Source of the DNA: Hormiphora californensis
Taxonomy: Eukaryota; Animalia; Ctenophora
Direction of reading: 5' to 3'
Assembly (NCBI GenBank): GCA_020137815.1
Contig: CM035352.1
Span: forward strand, 7,874,001-7,938,000
DNA: 64,000 bases
Positions within the stretch are counted from its first letter, which is position 1. Each line of letters starts with the position of its first letter. Below the pieces are notes generated by a model, which saw nothing but the letters and a program-made list of their open reading frames with translations, ran no database searches and was not told where the DNA came from. Made by a program: the position numbers and the translations under genes. Shown here piece by piece: positions 37,510 through 50,500 of this stretch.

Positions 37510-37667
37510 CATCTCTCCAGTCTAGCTCTCTCCTCTCTCTCTCTCTCTCTCTCCTCTTCCTATCTCTCTCTCTCTATCCTCTCTCTCTCTCTTCTTCTCT
37601 CTCTATTCCTTCACTTCTCTCTCTCTCTCCTCTACTCATCTCTCTCTCTCTCTCTATCTCTCTCTCC

Positions 37668-37703
<36 letters not shown>

Positions 37704-39106
37704 CATCTAGCTCTCTTCCTCTCTCAGGTAGTACCCGCCCAGAAGAAGCAGAAAGCCCTCACAGCTGCTGAGTTGGCTCTCGGCCAGAAGATTGTTACCA
37801 GCAGAAAGGCAAAGAATGATCTCATCGATGAGGGTTACCACAGGTTAGTGGTGTCACGAGACTAGTGTGAAGGGGTGAAATTGCAATTTATAACTACCAC
37901 AGGTTAGTTATAAATTGGGTCATGATGCCTGTCTGGTGGTCCCGATCTGAGCGCATAAGCACTGATAAATCAAAAAGGGTCACCGCCAGACAGATTTTCC
38001 CTCAGTACCGATCTTTTAAGACTTCGATCATGCTAAAATACATGCGACAATTAAACCACGTGTTTGAACCTGGGTCTGGTTCAGGTTTGCTCCTCACATG
38101 TCACAACACCAGGTTTGAAAGTGGGGTGGCCGGGAGGGGGGACACGTCTCTCACCATCCATTCCCAACCCTAACCTCACATCTCCAGAGTTGTTACATCT
38201 CACTAGGTTTGCTCCTCCACTAACCTCCCTAACCTCACCAGGTTTGCGTTTGGTGACGAGGAGAATGTTCCTGATTGGTTCGAAGATGAGGAAAAGAAGT
38301 ATTACAAGAAGGCCATGCCAGTAACCAAGGAGGAGGTAGAGGAGTACAAGCAGCAGATCAGGGAAATCAATGCCCGGCCTATTAAGAAGATCGCAGAGGC
38401 AAAGGCTAAACAGAAGTACAAGGTACGTAGTATATTAGGTGAGGTGGGGTACATAGTATTTACATTTATTGTCCAGACGGAAGGAGACAACTAAACTTCC
38501 TCTTTGACCATCATGCGGCTAATAAATCGATCCTTCTCTGTTTCAATAACACACTCACCCCCCTTTTCCAGGCGATGAAGAAGCTGAAAAAGTTGGCAGA
38601 GGCAGCAGACTTGATCACGGATAACACAGACGGTCAACAGGCGGAACAGGTTCACAAACTCAGACAAATGATGAAAAAGAATGCACTGGCAAAGAAGAAA
38701 CAGGAGACGACTTATGTGAAGGCTAAACGAAGTAAGTGTATGTGGTTACCAGTGGTTACCGGGTTACTAGGTTACCAAATTCTACCGAAAGGTCACAGAA
38801 AGAACGGTGTTGTAACCTTGTCATAGCGTAACGAAGTTCAAAGTGCATAATAATGATTACAGCCAAATTATTTTGAAGCAGTTAAATCTGTAACATTAAT
38901 TTGAAGCACTTTGTAACATTGATTGTGTTTCCTCAGTGCACGGAAAACATCAGAAGAGACCTGCAGATGTGAAGGGTCGAGTAAAGTACGTGGACAGCAG
39001 GATGAAGAAGGACGTGGACGGGATGAAGAGAGCAGAGGCCAAGAAGAAGGGGGCAGCAAAATCCAAATCAAGGAATCGAGTAGGCCACAAACCTAGATCC
39101 CGGTGA
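30008..39106 (+). CDS. FTSJ3: Pre-rRNA 2'-O-ribose methyltransferase FTSJ3/Spb1 (multi-exon)
   Basis: N-terminus [48 protein letters not shown], then [18 protein letters not shown] and [14 protein letters not shown]-terminal [23 protein letters not shown] and [11 protein letters not shown]. Confidence 0.95.
31980..32510 (-). CDS. Putative acidic low-complexity protein with four 23-aa tandem repeats, nested antisense in an FTSJ3 intron
   Basis: 176-aa ORF with 69-bp in-frame repeats ([23 protein letters not shown]), an Asp/Glu run and a non-repetitive basic C-terminus. Confidence 0.4.
   Translation of the reverse strand: MTLPLSVALPVADTATEGSIMIAGGNGTFLVSDSNDTADTSDDMIAPTFPIDSVSESNDTADTSDDMIAPTIPVDSVSESNDTADTSDDMIAPTIPIDSVSESNDTADTSGDMIAPTFPIDSVDEEDEEDEEDDKHEDKEENEENATFRELVDKIQRVKSAFHKKGPGHGPKPRHG
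32519..34048. mobile_element. Foldback MITE with TTA TSD (PIF/Harbinger-like)
   Basis: TTA|GGGGATTTTAGTA ... TACTAAAATCCCC|TTA. Near-perfect inverted arms of about 450 bp centred near 33540. Confidence 0.85.
32572..33083. mobile_element. Foldback-type element with T-rich/A-rich tandem subrepeats, nested in 32519-34048
   Basis: GGGGGGGTGCAGCCC ... GGGCTGCACCCCCCC termini, (TTTTTGATCG)n / (CGATCAAAAA)n arms, and a flanking direct repeat AAGCTA at 32566-32571 and 33084-33089. Confidence 0.85.
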
Positions 39107-39744
39107 TCACATTTTAATAGATCGGACAGTTTTTAGGGGCTTTTATTTAACTTATTACCTCGATATTAACTTATTACCCGGAGTGATCTGAATAAGGTTG
39201 TGCGTGATCTGATCAGGGTTGTACGTGATGTTTCTATCTGCATTCTGTTTTAGTAGGCCAGAGAGCAATCAACTGATCTGTGACGTAGACACTCATTTAC
39301 AACATTTTTAATTGGACAAGCCAAAATATTGTCTTTTTCTTTGCCTATTCTCCCTTTCTCTTTCTCTCTCTCTCTTTCCCTATCTCTCTATCTCTCTCTG
39401 AGAGTCTCTCTCTATGGCATGTGTTGGCACATTTTTGGACGTCTTCGCCTTTCTCCTTCATTCCTATGTGCGATCATATCAGCGACGATTGGAGGAAAAT
39501 AAATTGGAAAATGGTCGTTGAAAAAACTATTCAGCCAATCATAACAGCTGATGAGAGAGAGAGAAAGAGAAAGGAGAGAGAAAGGAATTGGAGAGATGGA
39601 AATTGGTCAGACAAAACATAGAGACAATAATTCCTCGGTGGCAGCCTGTAGTAGTCCGGCAGCACGATTTAGTTCTTTCATCTTAGGCTTCTTCCCTTCA
39701 AATACCTACAAGTGCAGCACTGTCTGACGTTGCAGGAGACACCA

Positions 39745-40030
39745 GAGCGAGAGCTTTTCGTGGACTGAGGTCTGAGAGATCGGAGAGAGATAGAGAGCTT
39801 CCGCAGGCGCTGAGACTTGAGAATTCGGAGATACAGAGAGCTTTGCAGGGACTCGGAACTTAAAAAATAGAGGGAGAGATAGAGAGCTTTCCTGGCACTG
39901 AGAGACCGGAGAGGGAGAGAGAGAGAGCTTTCCTGGCACTGATCACTGAGAGATCGTTAGATCAGGCATCATCTAGAGATCAGCTTTTCAGGGAAGAATC
40001 TAGAGAGCTTTTCAGGGGGAATAATCTGGA
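39745..40030. repeat. Degenerate minisatellite (AGAGAGCTTT core)
   Basis: About 7 recurring AGAGAGCTTT(T/C)C...GGCACTGAG-like units. Confidence 0.6.
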
Positions 40031-40138
40031 ATCTAGTACGTGTCTGTTGTAACAAGTTGACACTGCCAGCTGCAGCTCAGATCTCAGACAGACTTCACAC
40101 AGTTCCACCAGGTGTGCGTGTTCTTTTGTGAAAATAAA

Positions 40139-40993
40139 ATGTCCCTTTTTTCACTCCTTCTCGTTCTTCTTGGAGTGGTCGTCCCTGGATCTGAATCCTG
40201 TAAACGGAAGATTTCCCGAAGGTAAGTGCGGTATGCTGAACAATGTTCAGTGAACATGATACCTGTTCTAACCGGTCATATAGCTAGATAGGGGGCTAAA
40301 TTTTCATCTAATTTGTTCTGTTTCTGTTTTCATTATTGTCATTGTTGTCTCGGGTATGTGTTTTTGATAGTTCGGGTGGTGTATCAGTTCTAGTTTATAC
40401 AATGGCCTGGCCCTAGGCGTTATACATCAAAACCCCACATTATGTCTTACTGACTTTGTCTTAATCGATTTAAACTGTTCCCTACTCATCCGTTAGTTTC
40501 AAACAATCATGCATCACATATTATGTGAATATAATATGTCTGACTGACTAATCTGATCTCCGAATACAGCTCACTTTTCAGTTGCTTTAGGGGTAGGACT
40601 GTTTAGGAATGTATTTTGAGCAGAGATGGACACTGGACAGTGCTCTCTTTCTGCTCCGCTTTTCTTTTTTTTCTTTTTTTTTCATGTCTTCATCGTTCCT
40701 ATATCTGTCACCCCTATATCTGCTCCGCTTCTTGGGTCATGTTCATGTCTTTGTGGCATACCGCTCTGATGACGAGTAGTGTCATTTTGTTTGGCCCTGG
40801 CCGGCGTGTCCGGTATATAATATCAAAACCCAAATTGTTATTTGCTCTCTCTTTTCTCTCTCTCACTCATCCCTTCTCTCTCTCCCTAGCATTCTCTCTA
40901 TCATTCTCTCTATCATTCTCTCCCTCCCCGCTCGAAAATGTTTATATCAAAATTCAAAACCCAAATTGTTATTTTCTCTCTCTTTTCTCTCTC

Positions 40994-41029
<36 letters not shown>

Positions 41030-41033
41030 TCTT

Positions 41034-41108
<75 letters not shown>

Positions 41109-41470
41109 CTCTTTCTCTCCCCCTCTCTGGCCCGGCCCTTCCTCAGGCCCCAGATTGAACATTTCATATACATTTGCATGTGAAGTAGCCTGGTATAATA
41201 CCACTCTAATTCAGCCACCATTAAAATATTATCTAAGATCCACAATCCCTTCTCTCTCTCTCTCTCCCTATCATTCTCCCTATCATTCTCTCCCTCCCCG
41301 CTCGAAAATGTTTATTTTCGATGCCCCCTCTCGATCGCTTGCATAATAAAATTAAACCTTACTGGGTCATTGTGTTATGTTATGTCCTCCCATTATCTCT
41401 CCATGCTATAAATCCCTCTCCCTCTCTCATGTATTTCACTGTCTCCCCCTGCTTATTGGGCTAAGAACCA

Positions 41471-41568
<98 letters not shown>

Positions 41569-44500
41569 CTTCTTCCTCGCCATTTACCCCCGTACCATCT
41601 GTATCATGTGTAGGCGTTGCTTCTCACCAGCTTGCATGACACCAAATATATTACGTTGCTATCACATTTTGCAGTTTGTTGATTTGCCTTCGTGAGCAGC
41701 TGAGATCATCAATATTGATGATCTCACCTACTATTTTTAGATACCCAGAGTCCCAATTTAATTTAGGTACCACTTGCACTAATTTGAAAAAAATGTTGTC
41801 ACTTCCTGTTTTAAGATTCCTCTAACGTCTAATATCCGGACCTCTAATTATTACTAACAGACCAAAGTCTGACCGAAAATGTGCGCTATCTCTGCAGTAT
41901 AATAGAACAGTGTTTTCTTGGAATCAATGAGTTGACCAATCGGCTGTTTTTTGTGCGCTATCTCTGTAATATTATAGAACCGTGTTTGCTATCTCTCTCT
42001 CTCTCTCTCTCTTTAGAAATCTAGATTGTGTTGTCGTGGTTGTACATTCTACACAATTGATTTTATTGCTGTTCTGGGTATCGTACGACCTTGGCGCTCT
42101 TTTCTACACTTTCTCGTCTTCACCTACATATGGTAATAATGGGGGTGTACTGTGTGTGCGTGTGTGTGCGTGTGTGTTAATAATGGTAATAATGGGGTTA
42201 ATAATGTGAAATATTCTACACACTGAGTACACGATGTAGTTTTATCCTGAGATTGGTATCTGACTGTTTTGTCCTAAATATCTCGTTAAAGAACTTGGTA
42301 TTAGTTCGATATATGATGTCTGATCAGTGTTCTCACAATCCCTCCAGCCCTTTCCACAATCCCCTTTCCACAATCCCCCTCCAGGCGCCAGCAGAGTGAT
42401 GTGAAGTATGTGAGTGTGTTTTCACAATACCCCTACTCCTCCAGGCGCCAGCAGAGTGATGTGAAGTATGTGAGTGTGTTTTCACAATACCCCTACTCCT
42501 CCAGGCGCGAGCAGAGTGATGTGAAGTATGTGAGTGTGCAGCTCTCCTCCGAGGGTGGTGCCCCAACCGTCACTGGACGATATGTACACACTGACCGGGG
42601 ACGGGTGGCTGCTTTCACTGGGATACCATATGCTGAACCACCCATTAAAGAGAGACGGTTCTCCCTACCTGTTAGGAAGACCTTTAGGAAAGGTATGAAA
42701 CTGTGAAATGTCGAGATCGAGTGCTCAAACAGTATGAAACTGACATGAAACTCAGTTTGATAGGGAACAGGGTTTCCTTTTTTTAATACTAGTGGCTAAA
42801 TTTTTTATGCCCTCGAGTGCCCGAACATGAATTTTTATGTTTTATTTTAAAATATGTACCATGTTTACATACCATGTTTCAGGTGATAAGATCAGTGCGA
42901 CTAGTCCCCCAAACTCCTGTCTTCAAATCCGCTATCCACCCTTCCCATTCTTCGTCATGGAACAAACTAGGTGGGTCAACTTCATCTTGGCATTCTGCCA
43001 TAGTTATCAAATTATCTGTTACAGTTACTAACCAACAAACCCCCTCCAACATAACACCTCCTCCCCTCCAGTATTTCGGAGGACTGTCTCTATCTGACTT
43101 TAACACCCCCTCTGTTTTCCAGTATTTCGGAGGACTGTCTCTATCTGACTATATTAACACGTCCCCTCCCCTCCAGTATTTCAGAGGATAGGACTGTCTC
43201 TATCTGACTTTAAGGGTACGCTAACCAAAAATTTTTTTCGAGTGCAGGGAAATCTCTTACCGTAGGGTTGTAGGCCATGCCAAGGAGACCTCAAATATGC
43301 AATTTGAGTTCTCAAGTCGAATTCATATTTTTGCTACAGCTGCTTGAAAAAATGAACTGAAAATAAGTTTTTGGCATCTCAAAAATTTTTTTTCAAAGAT
43401 AGGAGCATGAAAATTTGGGGATTTGAAGAGGACATGAAGGTGAATAACCACAAACATTTTTTTTGCAATCCGAGCTGATTTCCTGTCCTGAGATGGATTT
43501 CTTTTTTTCCACTTTAACGCCCTATTTGGCAAAGTTCCGAAAACATGTGAAAGCTGTAAATTGGTGAAAAGTTGCGTCTAACGATTATCTAAGTGGCCAT
43601 AAATTTTGGGCGTGTCCTTATTTGAGATAAGCTGTACAGAATTTTTTTTGTGAAAGCCGTCATTTCAGAAATAAATAAATTCCCTGTATCTCAAAAACGG
43701 CTGATCGTAGAGACCTGAGACTATGCTTAAACGATTCAGAAGGTCCGATTTTGGGGGGTCTTCTGAGAGACATTTTGCTCCTACTTCAACCGTTTTTGCT
43801 GTAATTGCGAAAAACAAATTCTATGAAAAGGGCAAAAGCTAAACTCCAATATCCTGTAATTAGGGAATTTTAGCTAAGAAAGGACCGAAACTATGGAAAA
43901 ATGTTTAACAAGCTAATTCCTTCACTATTTGGTCCATATGGGTCCCTATAATCATCAAAAACAAAATCACAAAAAATCCACGATGGCGAAGATGGGTTAT
44001 TGTTTTTCGCAATTACAGCAAAAACGGTTGAAGTAGAAGCAAAATGTCTCTCAGAAGACCCCCCCAAAATCGGACCTTCTGAATCGTTTAAGCATAGTCT
44101 CAGGTCTCTACGATCAGCCGTTTTTGAGATACAGGGAATTTATTTATTTCTGAAATGACGGCTTTCACAAAAAAAACTCCGTACAGCTTATCTCAAATAA
44201 GGACACGCCCAAAATTTATGGCCACTTAGATAATCGCAACTTTTCACCAATTTACAGCTTTCACATGTTTTCGGAACTTTGCCAAATAGGGCGTTAAAGT
44301 GGAAAAAAAGAAATCCATCTCAGGACCGGAAATCAGCTCGGATTGCAAAAAAATTTTTTGTGGTTATTCACCTTCATGTCCTCTTCAAATCCCCAAATTT
44401 TCATGCTCCTATCTTTGAAAAAAAATTTTTGAGATGCCAAAAACGTATTTTCAGGACATTTTTTAAACAGCTGTAGCAAAAATATGAATTCGACTTAAGG

Positions 44501-47500
44501 GCTAAAATTGTATATTTGAGGTCTCCTTGGTATGGCCTACAACCCTACGGTGAGAGATTTCCCTGCACTCGAAAAAAAATTTTGGTTAGCGTACCCTTAA
44601 CACCCCTTCCCTGCAGTATAGCGGAGGATAGGACTGTCTCTATCTGACTTTAACACCCCTTCCCTCCCTTGCAGTATATCGGAGGACTGTCTCTATCTGA
44701 ATATCTTTACTAAAAAACCCTGGCTCTCACCCCCCACAACATCTCCCCACCCTGTAATTGTATACATACACGGGGGCAGTTTTAGTAACGGTGACGGTAT
44801 CAGTAGGGACGGTTCAGCTCTCACCGATTACGGAGAGGTGGTACTAGTGACAATTAACTACCGTCTTGGTTTCCTTGGGTTCCCTGATTTACCGGGCGTG
44901 ACGCCAAATCTGGGGCTCTGGGATGTCCTAATGGCGCTCCAGTGGGTCCAGGATAATATAGGGGTGTTCGGGGGTGATAAAGATAATGTGACGCTATTAG
45001 GGGAGAGTGCAGGAGGGGCTCTAGTGACGAATCTCCATACCTCACCTCTCACCGGGGCACTTTTTGCCCGGTCGATAGCACTCTCTGGAACTCAAATAGC
45101 ACCGTGGGCTTTTAACAAACGAAGGTAGGTGAAGAAGATAGGGGAGAGCAGGGTGAGAACGTTACTTTAACTAGGAGAGAGCAGGAGAGATTGTTACTTT
45201 AACTAGGGGAGATCATGCTGAGATTGTTACTTTAACCCTTTAAGGACGAGAAGGATTGGCTCGATAGATTTTTCTAATTTTTCGTTTATAAGTAGATATT
45301 ATCACCACAAACTACCTCGAAAAAGAAATTTGAAGTTTCGACATGTAGTTTTTGCTGGGCCCACTGTGTCATATATGACTCTATCGTCCGTAAGGGAATT
45401 CTAGTAACAAATGTCATTTGTGCAAAAGTATGGGTCCAATAGTCAAATTTTATGCTTTGAGGCAGTCTATAGCTATAATTTCCACAATCTTGAACGGTTT
45501 TTACTCGAAAAATACCCCAAATTCTACATTTTGTATCATATATGACTCTATCGTCCCAAGTGGTAAATTCTCCAAAAACATCCATAACTCGGGCTAGAAA
45601 AGGAGCTAAGAGACAAATCAGGGCACTAAACTGTGTAGAATCATCGCATTAGTGGGGGTAGAGCACATATTTAGGTCGCTATCTTGCCCCCTAATTGATA
45701 TAATTGGATAATTAGCTAATTATCTGTCCCGCGCATGCTAATAAATGAAACTTTGCTTTGGGAAGGAGTTATGAGGCAAATGGGGGCACTAAAATGTGTA
45801 GAATCATCACATTAGTGGGGTTAGAGCACATATTTAGGTCTCTATCTGGACCCCTAATTGAGATAATTGGATAATTAGCTAATTAGTTGCCCTCCAGCGC
45901 TAAAAAATTTAATTTGGTGGAGTATACAAGACAAATGGGGGCACTAAAATGTGTAAAATCGTCGCCTTAGTGGGGGTAGAGCACATAGCTGAATTTCTAT
46001 TCCCGCTCCTAATTGAGATAATTGGATAATTAGCTAATTGACGGTTGCATAATGCCCCCTTTTTACCATATACCGTGGTTTCTGGATAATCCTGAGCTCT
46101 TTTGTTCAATCTAAGGATCTTTTGGCATCCCTTTACCCCATTTGTATCACCTTTGACTCGTTTTACACAATAATATAGCACTCTATACAACCCTAGACGC
46201 CGACTTCAGCTCTGTACAACCCCCTTGCTTCATCCTACTCCTAGCTAGACCTCTCATACACCATCCTAAACGCCTTCTACATATTTTCGATGGAGTTCAT
46301 GAGAAGTTGGCAAATGAGATTGTGAGAGTGATGAAGAGAAATAATGTATGGGGAATCTAAAATGTGTGTCCAATGATAAAAATGGGAAACTGTAGTACAT
46401 TAGGGGTTGAACGTGTTGTAGGAGCAATAGGATATCCCAAAAAAAATCGGTTAGGAAGGTGTATGGATCCCGAAATTATAAGAGGTCTAGGATGAAGCAA
46501 GAGGGTTCTAAAGAGCTGAAGGCGGTGTCTAGAGTTGTATAGAGTGCTATATTATTGTGTAAAACGAGTCAAAGGTGATACAAATGGGGTAAAGGGATGC
46601 CAAAAGATCCTTAGATTGAACAAAAGAGCTCAGGATTATCCAGAAACCACGGTATATGGTAAAAAGGGGGCATTATGCAACCGTCAATTAGCTAATTATC
46701 CAATTATCTCAATTAGGAGCGGGAATAGAAATTCAGCTATGTGCTCTACCCCCACTAAGGCGACGATTTTACACATTTTAGTGCCCCCATTTGTCTTGTA
46801 TACTCCACCAAATTAAATTTTTTAGCGCTGGAGGGCAACTAATTAGCTAATTATCCAATTATCTCAATTAGGGGTCCAGATAGAGACCTAAATATGTGCT
46901 CTAACCCCACTAATGTGATGATTCTACACATTTTAGTGCCCCCATTTGCCTCATAACTCCTTCCCAAAGCAAAGTTTCATTTATTAGCATGCGCGGGACA
47001 GATAATTAGCTAATTATCCAATTATATCGATTAGGGGGCAAGATAGCGACCTAAATATGTGCTCTACCCCCACTAATGCGATGATTCTACACAGTTTAGT
47101 GCCCTGATTTGTCTCTTAGCTCCTTTTCTAGCCCGAGTTATGGATGTTTTTGGAGAATTTACCACTTGGGACGATAGAGTCATATATGATACAAAATGTA
47201 GAATTTGGGGTATTTTTCGAGTAAAAACCGTTCAAGATTGTGGAAATTATAGCTATAGACTGCCTCAAAGCATAAAATTTGACTATTGGACCCATACTTT
47301 TGCACAAATGACATTTGTTACTAGAATTCCCTTATATTACGGACGATAGAGTCATATATGATACGACGACTAAAACGTTAATAACTCATTCAATTTTCAA
47401 TATTTTTTGATGCGGTTTTTTGCATTCGATTTGTTATTTCAAGTAGTTTCATCCCTTCAAAGGATTATTTGTGCCCCTCAAAAACAAAAATTTGAGAGGG

Positions 47501-50500
47501 GTTTTTAAAAAAAGGCCTAAATTAGCCTTCCGAGAAGGGCCATAAAATTTTTTTTTTCGATTTTCCGAGCAGATTTAGACGTGGTTTTGGGTTCAAAATC
47601 CCTAAAACTAGCTTGTGACAAAAAATTAGCCACCTAGACATCATGTAGCGCCTTCCAGACGGTCTAGAATGGACCGTGTCATATATGACCTATCGCCCTC
47701 AAAGGGTTAACTAGAAGAGAGCAGGGTGAGAACGTTACTTTGACTAGAAGAGAGCATATCTGTTACCCCCTTCCTCCCCTCTCAGATCTAAAGAAGAGGT
47801 CGAGAAATGGCCAAAGATACTGGAGATGACCAAGTGCCAACAGAACAGTGTGTGCTGTCTCCGCAACCTAACCGGGGTTGATATCTATACAGCCCTTTAT
47901 AAACTCCTGGAATACTTTCCGGTCGATACTTGGCCCCCTATGGTGGACGGGATTCTGGTTACAAGCGATCCTGTGGATGCCCTGAACGAGGGTCTCTTTA
48001 TTGACCGTGAGTGTGAGGGTGGGGTGGCAGTGCTGGCTCCAGCAAAGCTGCCAAGCGCGTTGAAATGTTTAAAATGCGTGAAAACGTACAATTTTGCCGC
48101 GTACAATTTTGGGAACGGTGCAGTGGTCTCCGGCCACTTCACCCCCTGAAAATATTGGGCTGGGGCTTGCCGCTCCATCTCGTCTCTGCCAAAATTGCTG
48201 AGCAGTATAATTTGTGGTGTTCTCTCTCTCCTAGTTAAAGTAGCATTCTCTCCTGTTCTCTCTCTTAGTTAAAGTAACAATCTCACCCTGCTCTCTCCAG
48301 GCCCATTGCTGAGCGGTGTTTGCGCTAACGAGGGCAGTCACATTGCAGAAGCAATCGCAAACGGATCTAACATCTCTATCAAATACAATACGGTTAGTGC
48401 GGTTTATAAAATGTAATAAACCGTCCAATTTGTTGTCCGCGTTTGTTCGCTGGTGCCAGGTCCCCCCTAATTAATTAATCAAATTAATTGATCTTTTTCC
48501 AGGATACCTTAACAAGAAAACAATTCCGGGATCTATCAGTGGATAATCCATTCAACCAAAACGGAACCTTCCCCTGCATGTCGGACAATGGTGATGCTCT
48601 AGTAGAGGTTTGTTTGTTTGTTTGTTTGTTTGTTTGTTTGTTTGTTTGTTTGTTTGTTTGTTTGTTTGTTTGTTTGTTTGTTTGTTTGTTTGTTTGTTTG
48701 TTTGTTTGTTTGTTTGTTTGTTTGTTTGTTGATTAGGACTGATTGAGAGTTAACATAATAATAAGATACTCTGTCCAGGACAGAGAGGACAGTCTGTCCG
48801 TACTCTCCGCTGCGTGCAGTCATGTAGTATGACAAGAGAATTAACTCTAAATTTAACCTTGCCCTTTAGTTGTACCCTGCAAAGGGAGGTAAGAAGATGA
48901 AGGAACAGTATGCAAGGTTCATGGGGGACTGGCTGTTAACATGTCCCCAATTTTCTACTGCTGAGATAATGTCTAAAGTGGGGTACAGTGTTTACCAATA
49001 CACGTTCAACTACCATTGGGATAGGTCAGTTATAAGGCCTCCCCCCCCCTCTTTATCTCAGATTTAACCCACTTTTCAAGCTCTTCTCTTCGGGGTTCTT
49101 TCGTCTTTCCTGACCCTTCTCTGTCAGGCATCACACTGATGATAACACTGACTAAAGAATTATAACACTGAATCCCCCCTCTTTTTCCAGTGCCCTACCC
49201 GATACAGAGAGTTGGATGGGGACACTCCATGGATTTGACCTGGCCTTCATATTCGGGCTCCCCTTCTCCACCAACTCCCCCTACACTATAGTATCCAGTA
49301 AACAGTTTAATAAAAGAGATAGAGCCATGAGTAGATCCATGATGGGGATTATCAGTAGCTTTGCTCACACTGGTGTGCCATCAGCCCAGATAGACAGCTC
49401 AACTGTGTGTTGGAGCAGTCTGACGAAGGATACCAAGGATATTCTCGTAGTGGTAAGTGTCTTGCAGTTACAGTCGGACCCCTATATATACTGGACAAAA
49501 CTCTTTCCCCCGAGCATCCCGGTAAATCGGGGTCCGACTGAAGTTTGTAAATCGTGGTAAGTGTTGACTTAACTGTTGAATCGTGCAGTTAGTTTGTAAA
49601 TTGTCATCCTATTGGTGGTCTAGATATATATATCTTAGTTAGTTAAGACTTCAGACGTACTAGCCAATATTTGTTTTCTTGGCGTCTGAGTTCATATAGA
49701 TTTGTGCAAGGGATAAATTTTATCGAATTTAATCACTTGGTGGTCAAAATTGACCACCGAAAATCCCATATTCCGAAAGTTTCGCTATTTTATGAAACAC
49801 AGCATGCTACATGAACACAACAACAAGACATGTACCTGCCGCGACCACACAAACTGGTTCCTCCCCTGACCAGTCCAGTTGGTCTCCGTCGCAGGTCAAT
49901 GTAGCTGAACCAGCCAGGGTATAACCCTCTTCACAACCCACTGTCAGGGTCTCCCCTGGCCCTGCTGCCGTGTTAGTGATGTTGGAGTATTCCACTGTTA
50001 TGGCACTGCAGTTCACTGCAAAACACGGAGGGGATTAGCACTGCAAAAGATGTGAGGGCATTACATGATTTGGGAGGGGGGGGGAACTCTTTTTGAGTTC
50101 TTTGAACAAACCTGCATTGTAGGTGACTGATGCAGTGTCAGTTGACTGAAAGACAACCCCAGTAACCACATCTCCGCCCCACACCGCTTCACACGAAGTA
50201 CTGTCATCACTGAGAACTACGTGAAAGAATCGAATCGTCATTGATATAAATGAGGATGTCTTCATCTGTTTTATGGAACTCAGCTACCATGATTGTTGAA
50301 TGAAAAGTAGCGTGTAGATTGTAATCGCAATCATCAAATCGTGTCACTCTCACTTCAGATGTGCTGAGATCAACTGTTATGTTGTGATACTCCTCATTTG
50401 TGTGCAGAAATGCAACATCCAAGATGCGAGGATTGACCACTGGATAGTGGTTGTATGTTTATAACCAACGGCTCCCATTCTAGGTCCCATTTCAAGAGAT

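Noticed and set aside
45286-47349. Identical small ORFs on opposite strands (also 43323/44279)
   Set aside because: A consequence of foldback symmetry; no transposase motifs are present.
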